DNA of 64,000 nt from an uncultured delta proteobacterium (GCA_963765675.1 CAVXXK010000001.1:1952001-2016000), one strand, 5' to 3'; positions 55,401 through 63,770 are shown, numbered from the stretch's first letter. Translations and numbers: made by a program. Notes: a model not told the origin generated them from the sequence alone.

Positions 55401-58225
55401 GTCTTCCACTCGAGCATTTTCCGCCGGCTCACGAATAGCCGGTAGAGGGTTCGCGCGATCGCGTCGGTCATCAGCCACGCCTGATGCGCGAGCAAAGTAA
55501 TCTGCATCGCGAACTGCGTCGCCGCCGTCGAGATATCAGCGGCGACCGCGCGCACGTATGTGCGCTTGGAGAAACCAAGCCGCCGCGGCACCAGCCCGCT
55601 CAGCACCGGCAGCATCGCGGGAGTGGCTATCGTCGCCAGAACGAACCCAGTCCAGATCGCGGCGGAAATCGGCGCGAGAGTCCATCCCGCGATCAATGCC
55701 AGATAGGCGGCCGGCGCCGACAATGTGCGGCGCAGGTTGTCGATCATTTTCCAGCGTCCGACCAGCGGTATCACACGCCGGTGCCGCAGCGGCGTGGTCG
55801 AGCGCCGCTTTGGCTTTGATCGGTACCCACGCGCGAAGATCCAGGGTAGCAGTTGCCAATCGCCGCGAGCCCATCGATGCTGCCGTGCAGCGGCGACGTC
55901 ATAGCGAGGCGGAAATTCCTCGACCACCTCAATGTCGGAGGTTAATCCGGAGCGCGCGAAAATTCCCTCGAAAAGATCATGACTCAGCAGCGCGTTGTCC
56001 GGAACCCGGCCGTTCATCGCGGCTTCGAAAATGTCGACGTCGTAGATTCCCTTTCCGCTGAACGATCCTTCGCCGAACAGATCCTGGTACACATCGGAAA
56101 CCGCAAACGCGTAAGGATCGATACCGCTGGCGCTCGAGAAAACGCGCTGGAAGATCGAACCGTCGCGCCCCGTCGGCAGCGACGGCGTCACTCGCGGCTG
56201 AAGCACCCCGTACCCCGCGACCACGCGGCCGCAATCGACGTCGAACTCAGGACCGTTGAGTGCGTGAGCCATCTTGCCGACCATCCGCTTCGCGGCTCCG
56301 CGCGGTAGGCGGGTGTCAGCATCAAGGGTGATCACGTAGCGGACCCCGGCGGGCACGACGGGGGGCCGTCCGCCAATCGCGATGAAGTTGGTGTCGGTAG
56401 CGCCGCGCAGTAGCCGATTAAGCTCTTGAAGTTTTCCGCGTTTGCGCTCCCATCCCATCCACTTTCCCTGAGCGGCGTTCCAGGAACGCCGGCGATGGAG
56501 CAGAAGAAATCGCTCGCCGTCGGACGCGGGTCCATGGCGATCGTTCAAGCGTGCGATCGCCGCAGCGGCAGCCCCCAGAAGCTCTTCGTCGCCGGGCGCC
56601 GTTTCAGCGGTATGGTCAGTCCAATCCGAGAGCAGAGCGAATCGAAGGTCGCCGTCCTGACTCGCCAGGTAGTGCACCTCGAGCCGCTCGACTTGCTCCT
56701 CGATCTCCTGTTGCGTCGTCAGGAGCGTGGGCACCACAAGCATCGTGCGCAGTTCGGCGGGTACTCCGTCGCGAAGCTCGAGGCCGGGCAGAGGAGTCGG
56801 GCCGATAAAGAAGGCGACCGCACGGTTCACCAACGCGACCGCCGCATCCGCGGCGGGAATCACCGAGAGAATCGCCAGGATGACGCCGGTCCATCCGGAC
56901 ACGCCGGATTTCCACAACAGGTAGAAAACCAGAATCACAATGATCGCGGTGATGGTCGCGATCGCCCCTAGGTAGTCCAGAAGCCCTGCAGTCGCGTTGG
57001 CGTGGGCGATCCGGTCGCGCAAGGGCGGGCGGAATCCGATCTCTTTTTCGATCAACTTACGCCCGGCCGAAATCAGGTAGTAGCCCGGATCCTGCTCGCG
57101 CCGAACGGTCGTGCTGCTGCGGCCGGAACCCTCGGGCGCCGCGCGCTTGACAGCCGCAATCGCGAGCTGGGCGATCTCGATCTCGGTGCGGTGCGTGCCA
57201 CGAGCCAATTCTTCGATCGCGTGCCGATAGAGATCGCGGGTCGGAAAATCCATCGCCGCGAAGTTGCTGTTCGCGCGCAACACCGCATCCACCTGGCTGA
57301 CGCTTTCGAAAAAATCGGCCCAATCGACCGCGGACATGAAGCGCATGCTCGTGATCACGTTGCGCACGGTCACGTTCATCGCGCCTTGCTCGTGATGCTC
57401 CTTGTTCACGCTTTCGTCGGCCGTGGTCCCCTGCGCGAGCAGGCGGCGGTCCAGCCACAAAAGCGCCGGCGTAACTTTGGGATCCTGATCGCGCAGACGC
57501 TGCACCAGTTGGACCGCAAAGGCCTGCGGCAACGGCGTGTGATCGAGCCCCTTGAGGACGGTTTCCGCAGGCTCCGCTTCGCGCCCGCCGATTCCGAGCA
57601 GCCGATTCGCCAGGACGTCGGCATGTTGACGAGCCGCGCGGCCATTGACAATTCGGTCGGCCGAACGCCGCAGATTTTCCACCAGAACGATTCTCAGCGT
57701 GATCGCCACTGCCCAGAGCTCGCCGATCGCGAGCGGCTGCACGCGCTGATAGGCCTGCACAAATTTGGCGAGCATCTGCGGATCGAACCTGCTGTCGGTA
57801 TGCGCGACAAAGGCCCACGCGATTCCGAACACGCGTGGGTAGCCCTCCAGGGGGCCATCGGCAAGTTTTGGCAATTGACGGTAGTAGCCTCGCGGAAGGT
57901 CGTCGCGGATTTCCCGAATCTGTTCTTCGACGACGTGAAAGTTGTCCACCAGCCATTCCGCCGCGGGCGTAATGGCCCGTTCCTCGCGGATCGCGGTGGC
58001 GATGCTCCGATATGCGGCCAGCAACACCCGGCCGTTGTCGCGCAGACGCGTTGCCAGCCGCCGCCCGGTCTTTGGATTCATCGTGACCGGCTGCGCTGCG
58101 GCCAGACTCTCGGCGTGTTGCTCCAGACGCTCGATTCCGAACAGTTCGGCGAGGATCGGCGCGTCGGCGTTAGTGGTGAAGACGGAGGGGGGAGCCTTCA
58201 GAGCCCGAAAGGACACCAGATTCAC
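49403..58225 (-). CDS. chvB: Cyclic beta-1,2-glucan synthase (Cgs/ChvB: GT84 plus cyclization domain plus GH94 phosphorylase)
   Basis: 2940 aa; WERKRGKL, TLDADT, LLSHDLFEG, RQHRWARGDWQL, YDLLASEAR, SWSGSMFEYLMP, GFRDQLQD, GDWNDGMN, ENGGQY. Confidence 0.93.
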   Translation of the reverse strand: MNLVSFRALKAPPSVFTTNADAPILAELFGIERLEQHAESLAAAQPVTMNPKTGRRLATRLRDNGRVLLAAYRSIATAIREERAITPAAEWLVDNFHVVEEQIREIRDDLPRGYYRQLPKLADGPLEGYPRVFGIAWAFVAHTDSRFDPQMLAKFVQAYQRVQPLAIGELWAVAITLRIVLVENLRRSADRIVNGRAARQHADVLANRLLGIGGREAEPAETVLKGLDHTPLPQAFAVQLVQRLRDQDPKVTPALLWLDRRLLAQGTTADESVNKEHHEQGAMNVTVRNVITSMRFMSAVDWADFFESVSQVDAVLRANSNFAAMDFPTRDLYRHAIEELARGTHRTEIEIAQLAIAAVKRAAPEGSGRSSTTVRREQDPGYYLISAGRKLIEKEIGFRPPLRDRIAHANATAGLLDYLGAIATITAIIVILVFYLLWKSGVSGWTGVILAILSVIPAADAAVALVNRAVAFFIGPTPLPGLELRDGVPAELRTMLVVPTLLTTQQEIEEQVERLEVHYLASQDGDLRFALLSDWTDHTAETAPGDEELLGAAAAAIARLNDRHGPASDGERFLLLHRRRSWNAAQGKWMGWERKRGKLQELNRLLRGATDTNFIAIGGRPPVVPAGVRYVITLDADTRLPRGAAKRMVGKMAHALNGPEFDVDCGRVVAGYGVLQPRVTPSLPTGRDGSIFQRVFSSASGIDPYAFAVSDVYQDLFGEGSFSGKGIYDVDIFEAAMNGRVPDNALLSHDLFEGIFARSGLTSDIEVVEEFPPRYDVAAARQHRWARGDWQLLPWIFARGYRSKPKRRSTTPLRHRRVIPLVGRWKMIDNLRRTLSAPAAYLALIAGWTLAPISAAIWTGFVLATIATPAMLPVLSGLVPRRLGFSKRTYVRAVAADISTAATQFAMQITLLAHQAWLMTDAIARTLYRLFVSRRKMLEWKTAAQAKMARRLDLQGFYRSMAGGVALGIAAAAVAGFAGRGGGLIAAPFAILWILSPGIARWVSQPPRLQGLKPLAAADATALRLAARRTWRFFETFVTAEDHMLPPDNFQEDPKPVLAHRTSPTNLGLYLLSIVAAHDFGWLGTHTTVEKIEATVETMTQLELFRGHFYNWYETRDLRPLEPKYVSSVDSGNLAGHLIAFGNACREMIERPIVGSAWRSGIEDAVALVRESLPALAGDLRTSSVTPKQLDEALEALSAMLQPQPRTPAAVAAQLAELTLQADSVIDIAQTLTTERGDSAGAGLLAWANAIRTCINSHQREVELLMPWAIAPSISSGSKAICRNLPEELFGSIFDSIPTLGELPDRCEQALEILASHKAELAANPGTTADSLARIDLIAAVLNHSCSAARVLERRLTALATTAGDIFDAMKFDFLFDHARHLFSIGYRVADGSLDSNCYDLLASEARLASFVAIAKGDVSARHWFRLGRGMTPVDRGSALISWSGSMFEYLMPSLVMRAPLGSLLEQTNRMVVRRQMEYGAQLGVPWGISESAYNARDLELTYQYSNFGVPGLGLKRGLRENAVIAPYATALAAMIDPEAAARNFSRLREAGGLGRFGWYEALDYTRSRVPEGEAVAIVRAYMAHHQGMTLVAIADALLRGVMRTRFHSDPIIQATELLLQERTPRDVAVARPRAEEVNADANIRDITPPTIRRFHSPHDLIPRTHLLSNGRYTVMLTAAGSGFSRWRDLAVTRWREDVTCDSWGSYIFLRDVQSAKVWSAGYQPSGVEADSYEVEFSEDRAEIVRRDGTITTTLEVAVSPEDDAEVRRVSISNLGSRAREIELTSYAEIVLAPDAADAAHPAFSKMFVQTEFEAEVGALLAKRRPRSPSDPQIWAAHIAVLEGESAGGVQFETDRARFLGRGRATRTPISVIDGRPLSNTIGTVLDPIFSLRRSVRIAAGATARVAFWTMVAPTRAQVLDLVDKHQDPSAFERAVTLAWTQAQVQLHHLRVGSDEAHLFQRLANRVFYSDPTLRPSAEVLKRNEGGQSKLWSSGISGDLPIVLVRIDEAEDLEIVRELVRAHDYWRMKHFDVDLVIMNERPPSYDQDLQSGLEGLVRANQARPSGDGAARGRVFVLRADLVSAEVRNILPAVARAVLLSRRGTLSQQLKRLEMILPAAAPPLRRAPMIRQTGASPPRPALEFFNGLGGFTADGREYVTILGEGQWTPAPWINVIANPSFGFQVSVEGAGYTWSINSKENQITPWSNDPVGDRPGEVIYVRDEDTNELWSPTALPIREEPASYSVRHGQGYTVFEHTSHGVSLELEQFVPIDDSIKISRLKIRNLQARSRRLAVTAYVEWVLGTARGASAPFIVTEIDSASHAMLARNSYSIEYGTRVAFADLGGNQLSWTGDRTEFLGRNGSLDNPAALAGAAPLSNRVGAALDPCGALQTRVELKANGTTEIVFFLGEAATRPDAISIIAKYRKADLDAVRATITRQWDDVLGTVQVKTPDRSVDIMLNRWLLYQTLSCRVWARSAFYQASGAYGFRDQLQDVMALAVPRPAIMKEHLLRAASRQFTEGDVQHWWLPPSGQGVRTRISDNRIWLPYAVAHYVEVTNDHAILGETVPFLEGPALHAGEDEAYFLPTVSDEHASLYEHCARALDVSLAVGIHGLPLIGSGDWNDGMNRVGDAGRGESIWLGWFLFDALSSFAQLAQERGDQSRATIWRHHAAKLRGALDREGWDGGWYRRAYFDDGTPIGSASSLECRIDSIAQSWGVISGAANPARAAIAMAAVDEYLVGRDGGLVLLFTPPFDHTPLDPGYIKGYPPGLRENGGQYTQAALWSVIGFAMLGDGDKAAELFSILNPINHSNTRASMHRYKVEPYVVSADIYSTSPNVGRGGWTWYTGSAGWMYRTGLEWILGFRLRGETLLLDPSIPSGWRGYEITFKYHSARYEISVENPRRVSRGVSLLELDGKEIQARQIRLADDGAIHHVRVVLG

Positions 58226-58538
58226 GCGCGCCCCTCAGAATAAAGAAGCGCCGAGCGGTCTAATTTCATCTCGTGTCGTTTCATTTCGTTCGTCAGCGGA
58301 CAAATAACTGCGCCAGCGCGGCAAGTGCCGATGCGACACCGCGCGTTGGGAGGACGCGATTCATCAGGCACCGGGTTGCGATTGGTCGGGAACTACCGCG
58401 ACTCCAATAAACCTGCGCAAACCCGCTTTGGACGCGAAATCCGCGTCCGCGCAGGCGTACATCCATCCTACGTCCGTGGGCGGGTTTTTGCTGGAAATAT
58501 TTTGAATCAGGAGTACGCCGAATTCGGCGCAGACAGGT

Positions 58539-59330
58539 TCACCATTCGTCGGTCGACAGCGGCAGGAACGGACGGAACGCACCATACAGAGCGATAAACA
58601 ATAGCAGCGCGAACGGTGCGATCATTCCCAGGAGCTCCCATCGCCGGATCGAAAAACCGCCGCAGACCGCGCCGATAAGATATGCTGTCCATAAGCCGAG
58701 AGTCAGCGCGCTGCGCTGAAAGGGAAGCGTGCGGGGCGAGACCCTGAGGACCTTCATGATCCGGCTGCGAAAACGACGATGGGTTCGATCGCGTATCCAG
58801 AACAGGTATTCCGCCAGGCTTTCGGCGAATTTCACCAATGTCCCGGTAACGAACGTCGTATAGACATTTATCCCGCCGACCTTTCTGATGACGACGTTCT
58901 GGATCCCCATCGGGATCGCCAGCAGCGCCACCATCACGAAGAACTTGCCCGCGGGCTGCGGCGGAATATTCGCCTTGAAACCGCTTCCGATTCCCGCCGC
59001 GATGAAGATCGCGATCATCACAGCCTCGAGGCCTATCGCCGGTGGGAAGGGGACCTTGATCCTCCGGCGTTCCTCCGCCTCGTAAATAAACGCTCCCAGC
59101 AACAGCCCGAAAACAAACATTGCGATCGGCCATCCGCGACGCACGACGCCGGCCCATTGCAGCTCGGAAATATGCCGCGCCATCCCGACCGTGTTTCCGG
59201 TCATGTTTGCGGTATAGAGTCCGAACAGAGAAACGAAGCCAACCAGATCGACAAAGCCGGCAGCCCAGGTCATCGCAACTGCGATATTGACCCTCTCGAG
59301 AGTAGTGAGCGGCCCGACCTGATTGCGCAA
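58539..59330 (-). CDS. YoaK / DUF1275 membrane protein
   Basis: AGFVD, TANMTGN, MGIQN, TTFVTG. Confidence 0.9.
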   Translation of the reverse strand: MRNQVGPLTTLERVNIAVAMTWAAGFVDLVGFVSLFGLYTANMTGNTVGMARHISELQWAGVVRRGWPIAMFVFGLLLGAFIYEAEERRRIKVPFPPAIGLEAVMIAIFIAAGIGSGFKANIPPQPAGKFFVMVALLAIPMGIQNVVIRKVGGINVYTTFVTGTLVKFAESLAEYLFWIRDRTHRRFRSRIMKVLRVSPRTLPFQRSALTLGLWTAYLIGAVCGGFSIRRWELLGMIAPFALLLFIALYGAFRPFLPLSTDEW

Positions 59331-59467
59331 TCTGGATTACCCTGCCGTGTGGCGAAATCGGGAACGCATTTGACCCTGTGGGCGCAAGAATATAGACATC
59401 TCTTGCTCTCTTCCACCTCACTTACTCGCCGTATACGCACGCGAATTCGACTAATCTTGAAATTGAG

Positions 59468-60784
59468 ATGCCTCTGAAAATTCCCGCCGGTTCTCGAGAT
59501 TCGTCCGAAGACGCAATGCTGGACAAGCTCCAGCGGGAAACGCTCGACTATTTCCTGCATGAATCAAACCCAAAGAATGGCCTGATACTGGATAAGACCA
59601 AAAAAGATTCTCCCGCCAGCATCGCCGCTACCGGGCTCGCCCTGGCGTCGTATCCAGTAGGAGTCGAGCGCGCCTTTCTGACTCGCGAAGACGCGATCAC
59701 CAGAACGCTCGCGGCGCTTCGGTTTTTCGCCTCGAGCCCGCAAGGAACGGAGCCGGACGCGACGGGATATCGCGGATTTTACTATCACTTTCTCGACTTG
59801 AAGACCGGCAGGCGCGCATGGAAGTGCGAGCTCTCTACCATCGACTCCGCGATTCTGCTTGCCGGCGCTCTGACCGCCGCGATGTACTTCGAGCGCGATA
59901 CTTCCGACGAACGCGAGATTCGCGAGCTTGCCGATTCGCTCTACCGCCGCGCGGATTGGCATTGGGCGCAGAACAATGGGCTGACGGTCAGCCACGGATG
60001 GCACCCCGAAACCGGATTCATCAAATACCGATGGGAAGGCTACGACGAGGCTTTGATCCTGTATGCCCTGGCCCTCGGCTCGCCGACGTTTCCGCTGCCT
60101 GCCGAGAGCTATCGCGCGTGGAGCTCCACCTACGAATGGAAGAGCATTTACGATGTCGAGTTTCTGTATGCGGGCCCGCTCTTCATTCATCAGTTGTCGC
60201 ATCTGTGGCTCGATCTGCGCGGGATCCAGGACGACTTCATGCGCGGCAAGGGCATCGACTATTTTGAAAATAGCCGCCGCGCGACGCTGGTTCAGCAACT
60301 CTATGCGATCCGCAACCCTCATCAGTTCGCGCAGTACGGCGAGCATTGCTGGGGCATCACCGCGAGCGACGGTCCCGGACCGATGACGCTGCGGGTTGCG
60401 GGGATCGCGCGCAACTTCTTCGGATACGAGGCCCGCGGCGCTCCCTTCGGCCCCGACGACGGCACTATCGCGCCGTGGGCGGTCGTCGCGTCGTTGCCAT
60501 TCGCGCCGGAGATCGTCCTGCCGACGGTCAAGCATTTCAACGAGCTGCACCTGCGGGGAACCAACCCATACGGCTTCAAGGCGACCTTCAATCCTACCTA
60601 TCCCGACGAGAGCGGACGCACCTTCGGCTGGATAACTCCGTGGCACTACGGACTGAACCAGGGACCGATCGTCATGATGATCGAGAATTTCCGCACGGGG
60701 CTTTTGTGGGAGCTGATGCGGCGCTGTCCCTACGTGGTCGAGGGATTGCGGCGCGCGAATTTTCGCGGCGGATGGTTATCGTGA
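59468..60784 (+). CDS. GH144-like ('glucoamylase' family) endo-beta-1,2-glucanase, no signal peptide; start may be 59516
   Basis: SIAATG, GFYYHF, ELSTID, WEGYDE, GPLFIHQ, WGITASDGP, DDGTIAP, NQGP. Confidence 0.82.
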   Translation: MPLKIPAGSRDSSEDAMLDKLQRETLDYFLHESNPKNGLILDKTKKDSPASIAATGLALASYPVGVERAFLTREDAITRTLAALRFFASSPQGTEPDATGYRGFYYHFLDLKTGRRAWKCELSTIDSAILLAGALTAAMYFERDTSDEREIRELADSLYRRADWHWAQNNGLTVSHGWHPETGFIKYRWEGYDEALILYALALGSPTFPLPAESYRAWSSTYEWKSIYDVEFLYAGPLFIHQLSHLWLDLRGIQDDFMRGKGIDYFENSRRATLVQQLYAIRNPHQFAQYGEHCWGITASDGPGPMTLRVAGIARNFFGYEARGAPFGPDDGTIAPWAVVASLPFAPEIVLPTVKHFNELHLRGTNPYGFKATFNPTYPDESGRTFGWITPWHYGLNQGPIVMMIENFRTGLLWELMRRCPYVVEGLRRANFRGGWLS

Positions 60785-60877
60785 GTTGTCCGGGGCAGAA
60801 TCGAGGAAAATTTTCTTATTGACGGTCGCCCGGTACCGCCAGAAAATGGGGTATCAAACGGATGGAGGTGATGTTTT

Positions 60878-60952
60878 ATGCCACAGCCCAATGACAAATG
60901 TCCGTGCGGTTCCGGCAAGGCTTACAAGGATTGTTGCGGCAAGGCCAAATAG
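60878..60952 (+). CDS. 24-aa standalone SEC-C motif microprotein MPQPNDKCPCGSGKAYKDCCGKAK
   Basis: GGAGGTGA Shine-Dalgarno at 60864-60871; exact NDxCPCGSGKxYKxCC SEC-C motif; below the ORF track cutoff. Confidence 0.85.
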   Translation: MPQPNDKCPCGSGKAYKDCCGKAK

Positions 60953-61008
60953 GATAGTCGTCAACGCCGGCTTGCAGAATCGCGCAAGTTCTCACGAAGT
61001 TCCTAACT

Positions 61009-61041
61009 GAAGGCGGGCCCGGATTCTCCGGCCCCGCCTTC
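61009..61041 (+). terminator. GC-rich hairpin, probable terminator after the SEC-C microprotein
   Basis: GAAGGCGGGcCCGGA-ttc-TCCGGcCCCGCCTTC followed by tcgcgtttt. Confidence 0.6.
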
Positions 61042-61146
61042 TCGCGTTTTCGGTCCTCATGGCGACTGGTTTGATCAGCCGGGGGTGGTTTCGATAGCCT
61101 TGATATAGGCGCGGACGAGCGCCTCGCGATCTATCGGAGGGCAACC

Positions 61147-62001
61147 GTGGCACGCGCATTCGAGATCCAGCCTCTAAACGCGACCTTTGGCGCCGTCGTG
61201 ACGGGCGTGAAGCTCGCCACGCTCGACGATGCCACGTGGGATGATCTCCATGCCGCGTGGCTCAAGTACGCGCTCCTGATTTTCCCGGGACAGCATCTGA
61301 GCCGCGACGAGCAGGTCGCCTTCGCCAAACGCTTCGGACCGCTCGAGTTCGCGATCGCGGCGCTCAGCAACGTGAAACCCGACGGCACGCTGATCGTCGA
61401 TCAGGACAACGACATCCTGAAGATTCTCAAGGGCAACATGGGATGGCATTGCGACAGCACCTACATGCCCGTGCAGGCCAAGGGAGCGGTGTTCACGGCC
61501 GATATAGTTCCGAAGTCAGGCGGAGCGACCGGGTGGGCCGACATGCGCGCCGCCTACGAGGCGCTCGATGACGCGATGCGCTCGAAGATCGAGCATCTCG
61601 CGGCATACCACTCGCTCCGCTACAGCCAGGCGAAAATCGGGCACACGCCGAAGCCGGGCAGCGACTACAGCGGCTACGGCTTCCACGATGGCCCCGTGCC
61701 GCTGCGTCCGATTGTCAAAGTCCATCCGGAGACGGGCCGCAAGTCGCTGGTGATAGGCCGCCACGCTTACGGCATCCCGAACCTGGACCCCGCCGAGTCC
61801 GAGCGGCTGCTGCAAGAGCTGGTGGACTTCGGCTGCCAACCTCCGCGCATCTATCATCACCAATGGACCTCAGGCGATGCAGTAGTATGGGACAACCGCT
61901 GCCTCCTGCATCAAGCGACGCCATGGGACATGCGCGAACCTCGCACGATGTGGCACAGCCGCATCGCGGGCGACCCCGCTACGGAATCCGCGCTGGCATG
62001 A
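61147..62001 (+). CDS. TauD/TfdA family Fe(II)/2-oxoglutarate dioxygenase
   Basis: WHCDSTY (HxD), HPETGRKSL, WDNRCLLH...R. Confidence 0.93.
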   Translation: MARAFEIQPLNATFGAVVTGVKLATLDDATWDDLHAAWLKYALLIFPGQHLSRDEQVAFAKRFGPLEFAIAALSNVKPDGTLIVDQDNDILKILKGNMGWHCDSTYMPVQAKGAVFTADIVPKSGGATGWADMRAAYEALDDAMRSKIEHLAAYHSLRYSQAKIGHTPKPGSDYSGYGFHDGPVPLRPIVKVHPETGRKSLVIGRHAYGIPNLDPAESERLLQELVDFGCQPPRIYHHQWTSGDAVVWDNRCLLHQATPWDMREPRTMWHSRIAGDPATESALA

Positions 62002-62013
62002 CTCGCCGGTCCG

Positions 62014-63411
62014 CTATTGTTGGCCGGGCGTTTTTATTCCCGCGGTGTGCAGCGCCTTCTCCTTTGCGCTCTTCAAATCGTAGTATTTGCGCGTGACGAT
62101 GCGCTGCGCGTAGAGTCCGCCGCCCGCCTGCACGTTGGTGACCGCTTTCCATCCACCGTACGCGTCGGCGGTCAGGTCGCGAATCGCATGAAAGAGGCGT
62201 GCGCGATACTCGCCGTCCATCCCGGTCATCGTGCCCATGTATTTGCGCAGGAGCGGACCGGTGACTTCGTTATCGAAGTCGGCGATTCCTGGAGCGGTCA
62301 GAATCGAACCGCCCGAGATGTCGTGCAGATGACGCACCATCACGTTGTAATTTGCCGCCGCATGATACTTGCCCGCGTTGGTGTATAGCTCGTCGGGAAA
62401 CGCGCCTTCGGAGGTGACCTTGCAATTCGCGACGGCGGCTTCGAGCGAGGCGCGCACCAGGGTCGCATGGATGATCATCTCGGAGATTTTCTCCTTGATG
62501 TGGCTCTCGCCGGCCAGACCGTTCGCCTCGGCAATTAGCTGAGCGAACCCAACCAGTTGATCGGCTTCTTCCGCCATCGCGGAGAGGCCGCCCAGCCGCT
62601 CCCACAGACCCAGTGAATGCGCGAAAATCGCCGCGTATTTCACTTCACCATCGAGAAAGACCCGCTCGTTCGGGACAAACACGTCGTCGAAGATCACGAA
62701 GCCTTCGGGCATGTGAGTAATTGAGGAGATCGGAAAGTCGCGCGGGTCCGGATGACGCGGCGCATAGGTGGTATTGACGATCTTCACCCCGGGCGCATTG
62801 ACCGGCACCACGCACGCGATCGCGTAGGATTCCTCCCCGGGCTTCATCGCCTTGGTCGGAATCGTCATCAGCTCGTGGCTCAGCGACGCGCCGGTAATGT
62901 GCAGCTTGGCGCCGCGAATCACCACGCCGTCCTTGCGGCGATCGACTACGTGCGTGTACGCGTCGGGATCGTCCTGCTTGCCGGGAGGGCGACTGCGATC
63001 TCCCTTGGCGTCGGTGATGCACTCGACGATCCGGACGTCGCGGCGCTGCGCACCCTGGACGTAGTGGTGGATACGGTCGGCGTTTTCCGGCAGCGCATCC
63101 GCAATCCGCGTCGCGGCGGTGGTGAGCGTCATGATCGATTGATAGGTGACGGCCGACACGATGTCAGATTCGTGCTGAAGCGGGATCCGCTCCTTCAGCT
63201 CCTCGGCCGAATGCGGAATCGACATCAGCGGACTGACCGCGTCGGGCTTGGGCGAGTACCATCGGTCGTATCCGGCCGCCACTCGCGACACACAAGGTCC
63301 CAGGATCGGATGCCCCACCAAATCGCGCACCCGCTCGCCCTCGAAAAAAGTCTCGCGATTATCGTCAAGCGATTTCTTGTATTGCTCTCCAGTCATCATA
63401 ACGGCAGCCAA
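62014..63411 (-). CDS. 4-hydroxyphenylacetate 3-hydroxylase / 4-hydroxybutyryl-CoA dehydratase family flavoprotein
   Basis: MTGEQYKKSL, ITDAKGDRS, IRGAKLHIT, VIFDDVFVPNERVF. Confidence 0.85.
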   Translation of the reverse strand: MAAVMMTGEQYKKSLDDNRETFFEGERVRDLVGHPILGPCVSRVAAGYDRWYSPKPDAVSPLMSIPHSAEELKERIPLQHESDIVSAVTYQSIMTLTTAATRIADALPENADRIHHYVQGAQRRDVRIVECITDAKGDRSRPPGKQDDPDAYTHVVDRRKDGVVIRGAKLHITGASLSHELMTIPTKAMKPGEESYAIACVVPVNAPGVKIVNTTYAPRHPDPRDFPISSITHMPEGFVIFDDVFVPNERVFLDGEVKYAAIFAHSLGLWERLGGLSAMAEEADQLVGFAQLIAEANGLAGESHIKEKISEMIIHATLVRASLEAAVANCKVTSEGAFPDELYTNAGKYHAAANYNVMVRHLHDISGGSILTAPGIADFDNEVTGPLLRKYMGTMTGMDGEYRARLFHAIRDLTADAYGGWKAVTNVQAGGGLYAQRIVTRKYYDLKSAKEKALHTAGIKTPGQQ

Positions 63412-63576
63412 CTCCTTAAACGGTCTGAAATTTCTCGCGTACGGGCCGAATAGCTCACAGCGCCACGGCCAACGTCACTTATACTGCGCGTCGCGCCTCA
63501 GGTGGTAATGGATCGCGGGGTTTACGTGGACAGCTCAGCGCATTAGCTGACAACGATGAGCACCGGTCCCTTGGGC

Positions 63577-63692
63577 GAGATGAACAGAAAGTCGCTGGTG
63601 ATCTGCCGTCACGCCTACTGCATCCCGAACCTAGACACGCGCTGAATCCGAGCGCCTGCTGGAAGAGCTGGTGGACTTCGCCCGCCAGCCCG
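63577..63692 (+). pseudogene. Degenerate fragment of a TauD/TfdA gene, homologous to 61729-61845
   Basis: aagtcgctggtgat..ccg.cacgc.tac.gcatcccgaacct.gac...tccgagcg.ctgctg.aagagctggtggacttcg matches the intact gene; 1-nt insertion; no start codon. Confidence 0.85.
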
Positions 63693-63770
63693 CATAGCCA
63701 GTTCCTTGTCTGCCTCTGATGATCTATTGAATCTGATCAGCCAACCTGCCAGAAGGGGACGCTTTGGCGC

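Noticed and set aside
58410-58460. c-di-GMP-I (GEMM) riboswitch-like GCAAAC...GGACGC
   Set aside because: It lacks the GAAA tetraloop stem and lies antisense to cgs, with no downstream gene on that strand.
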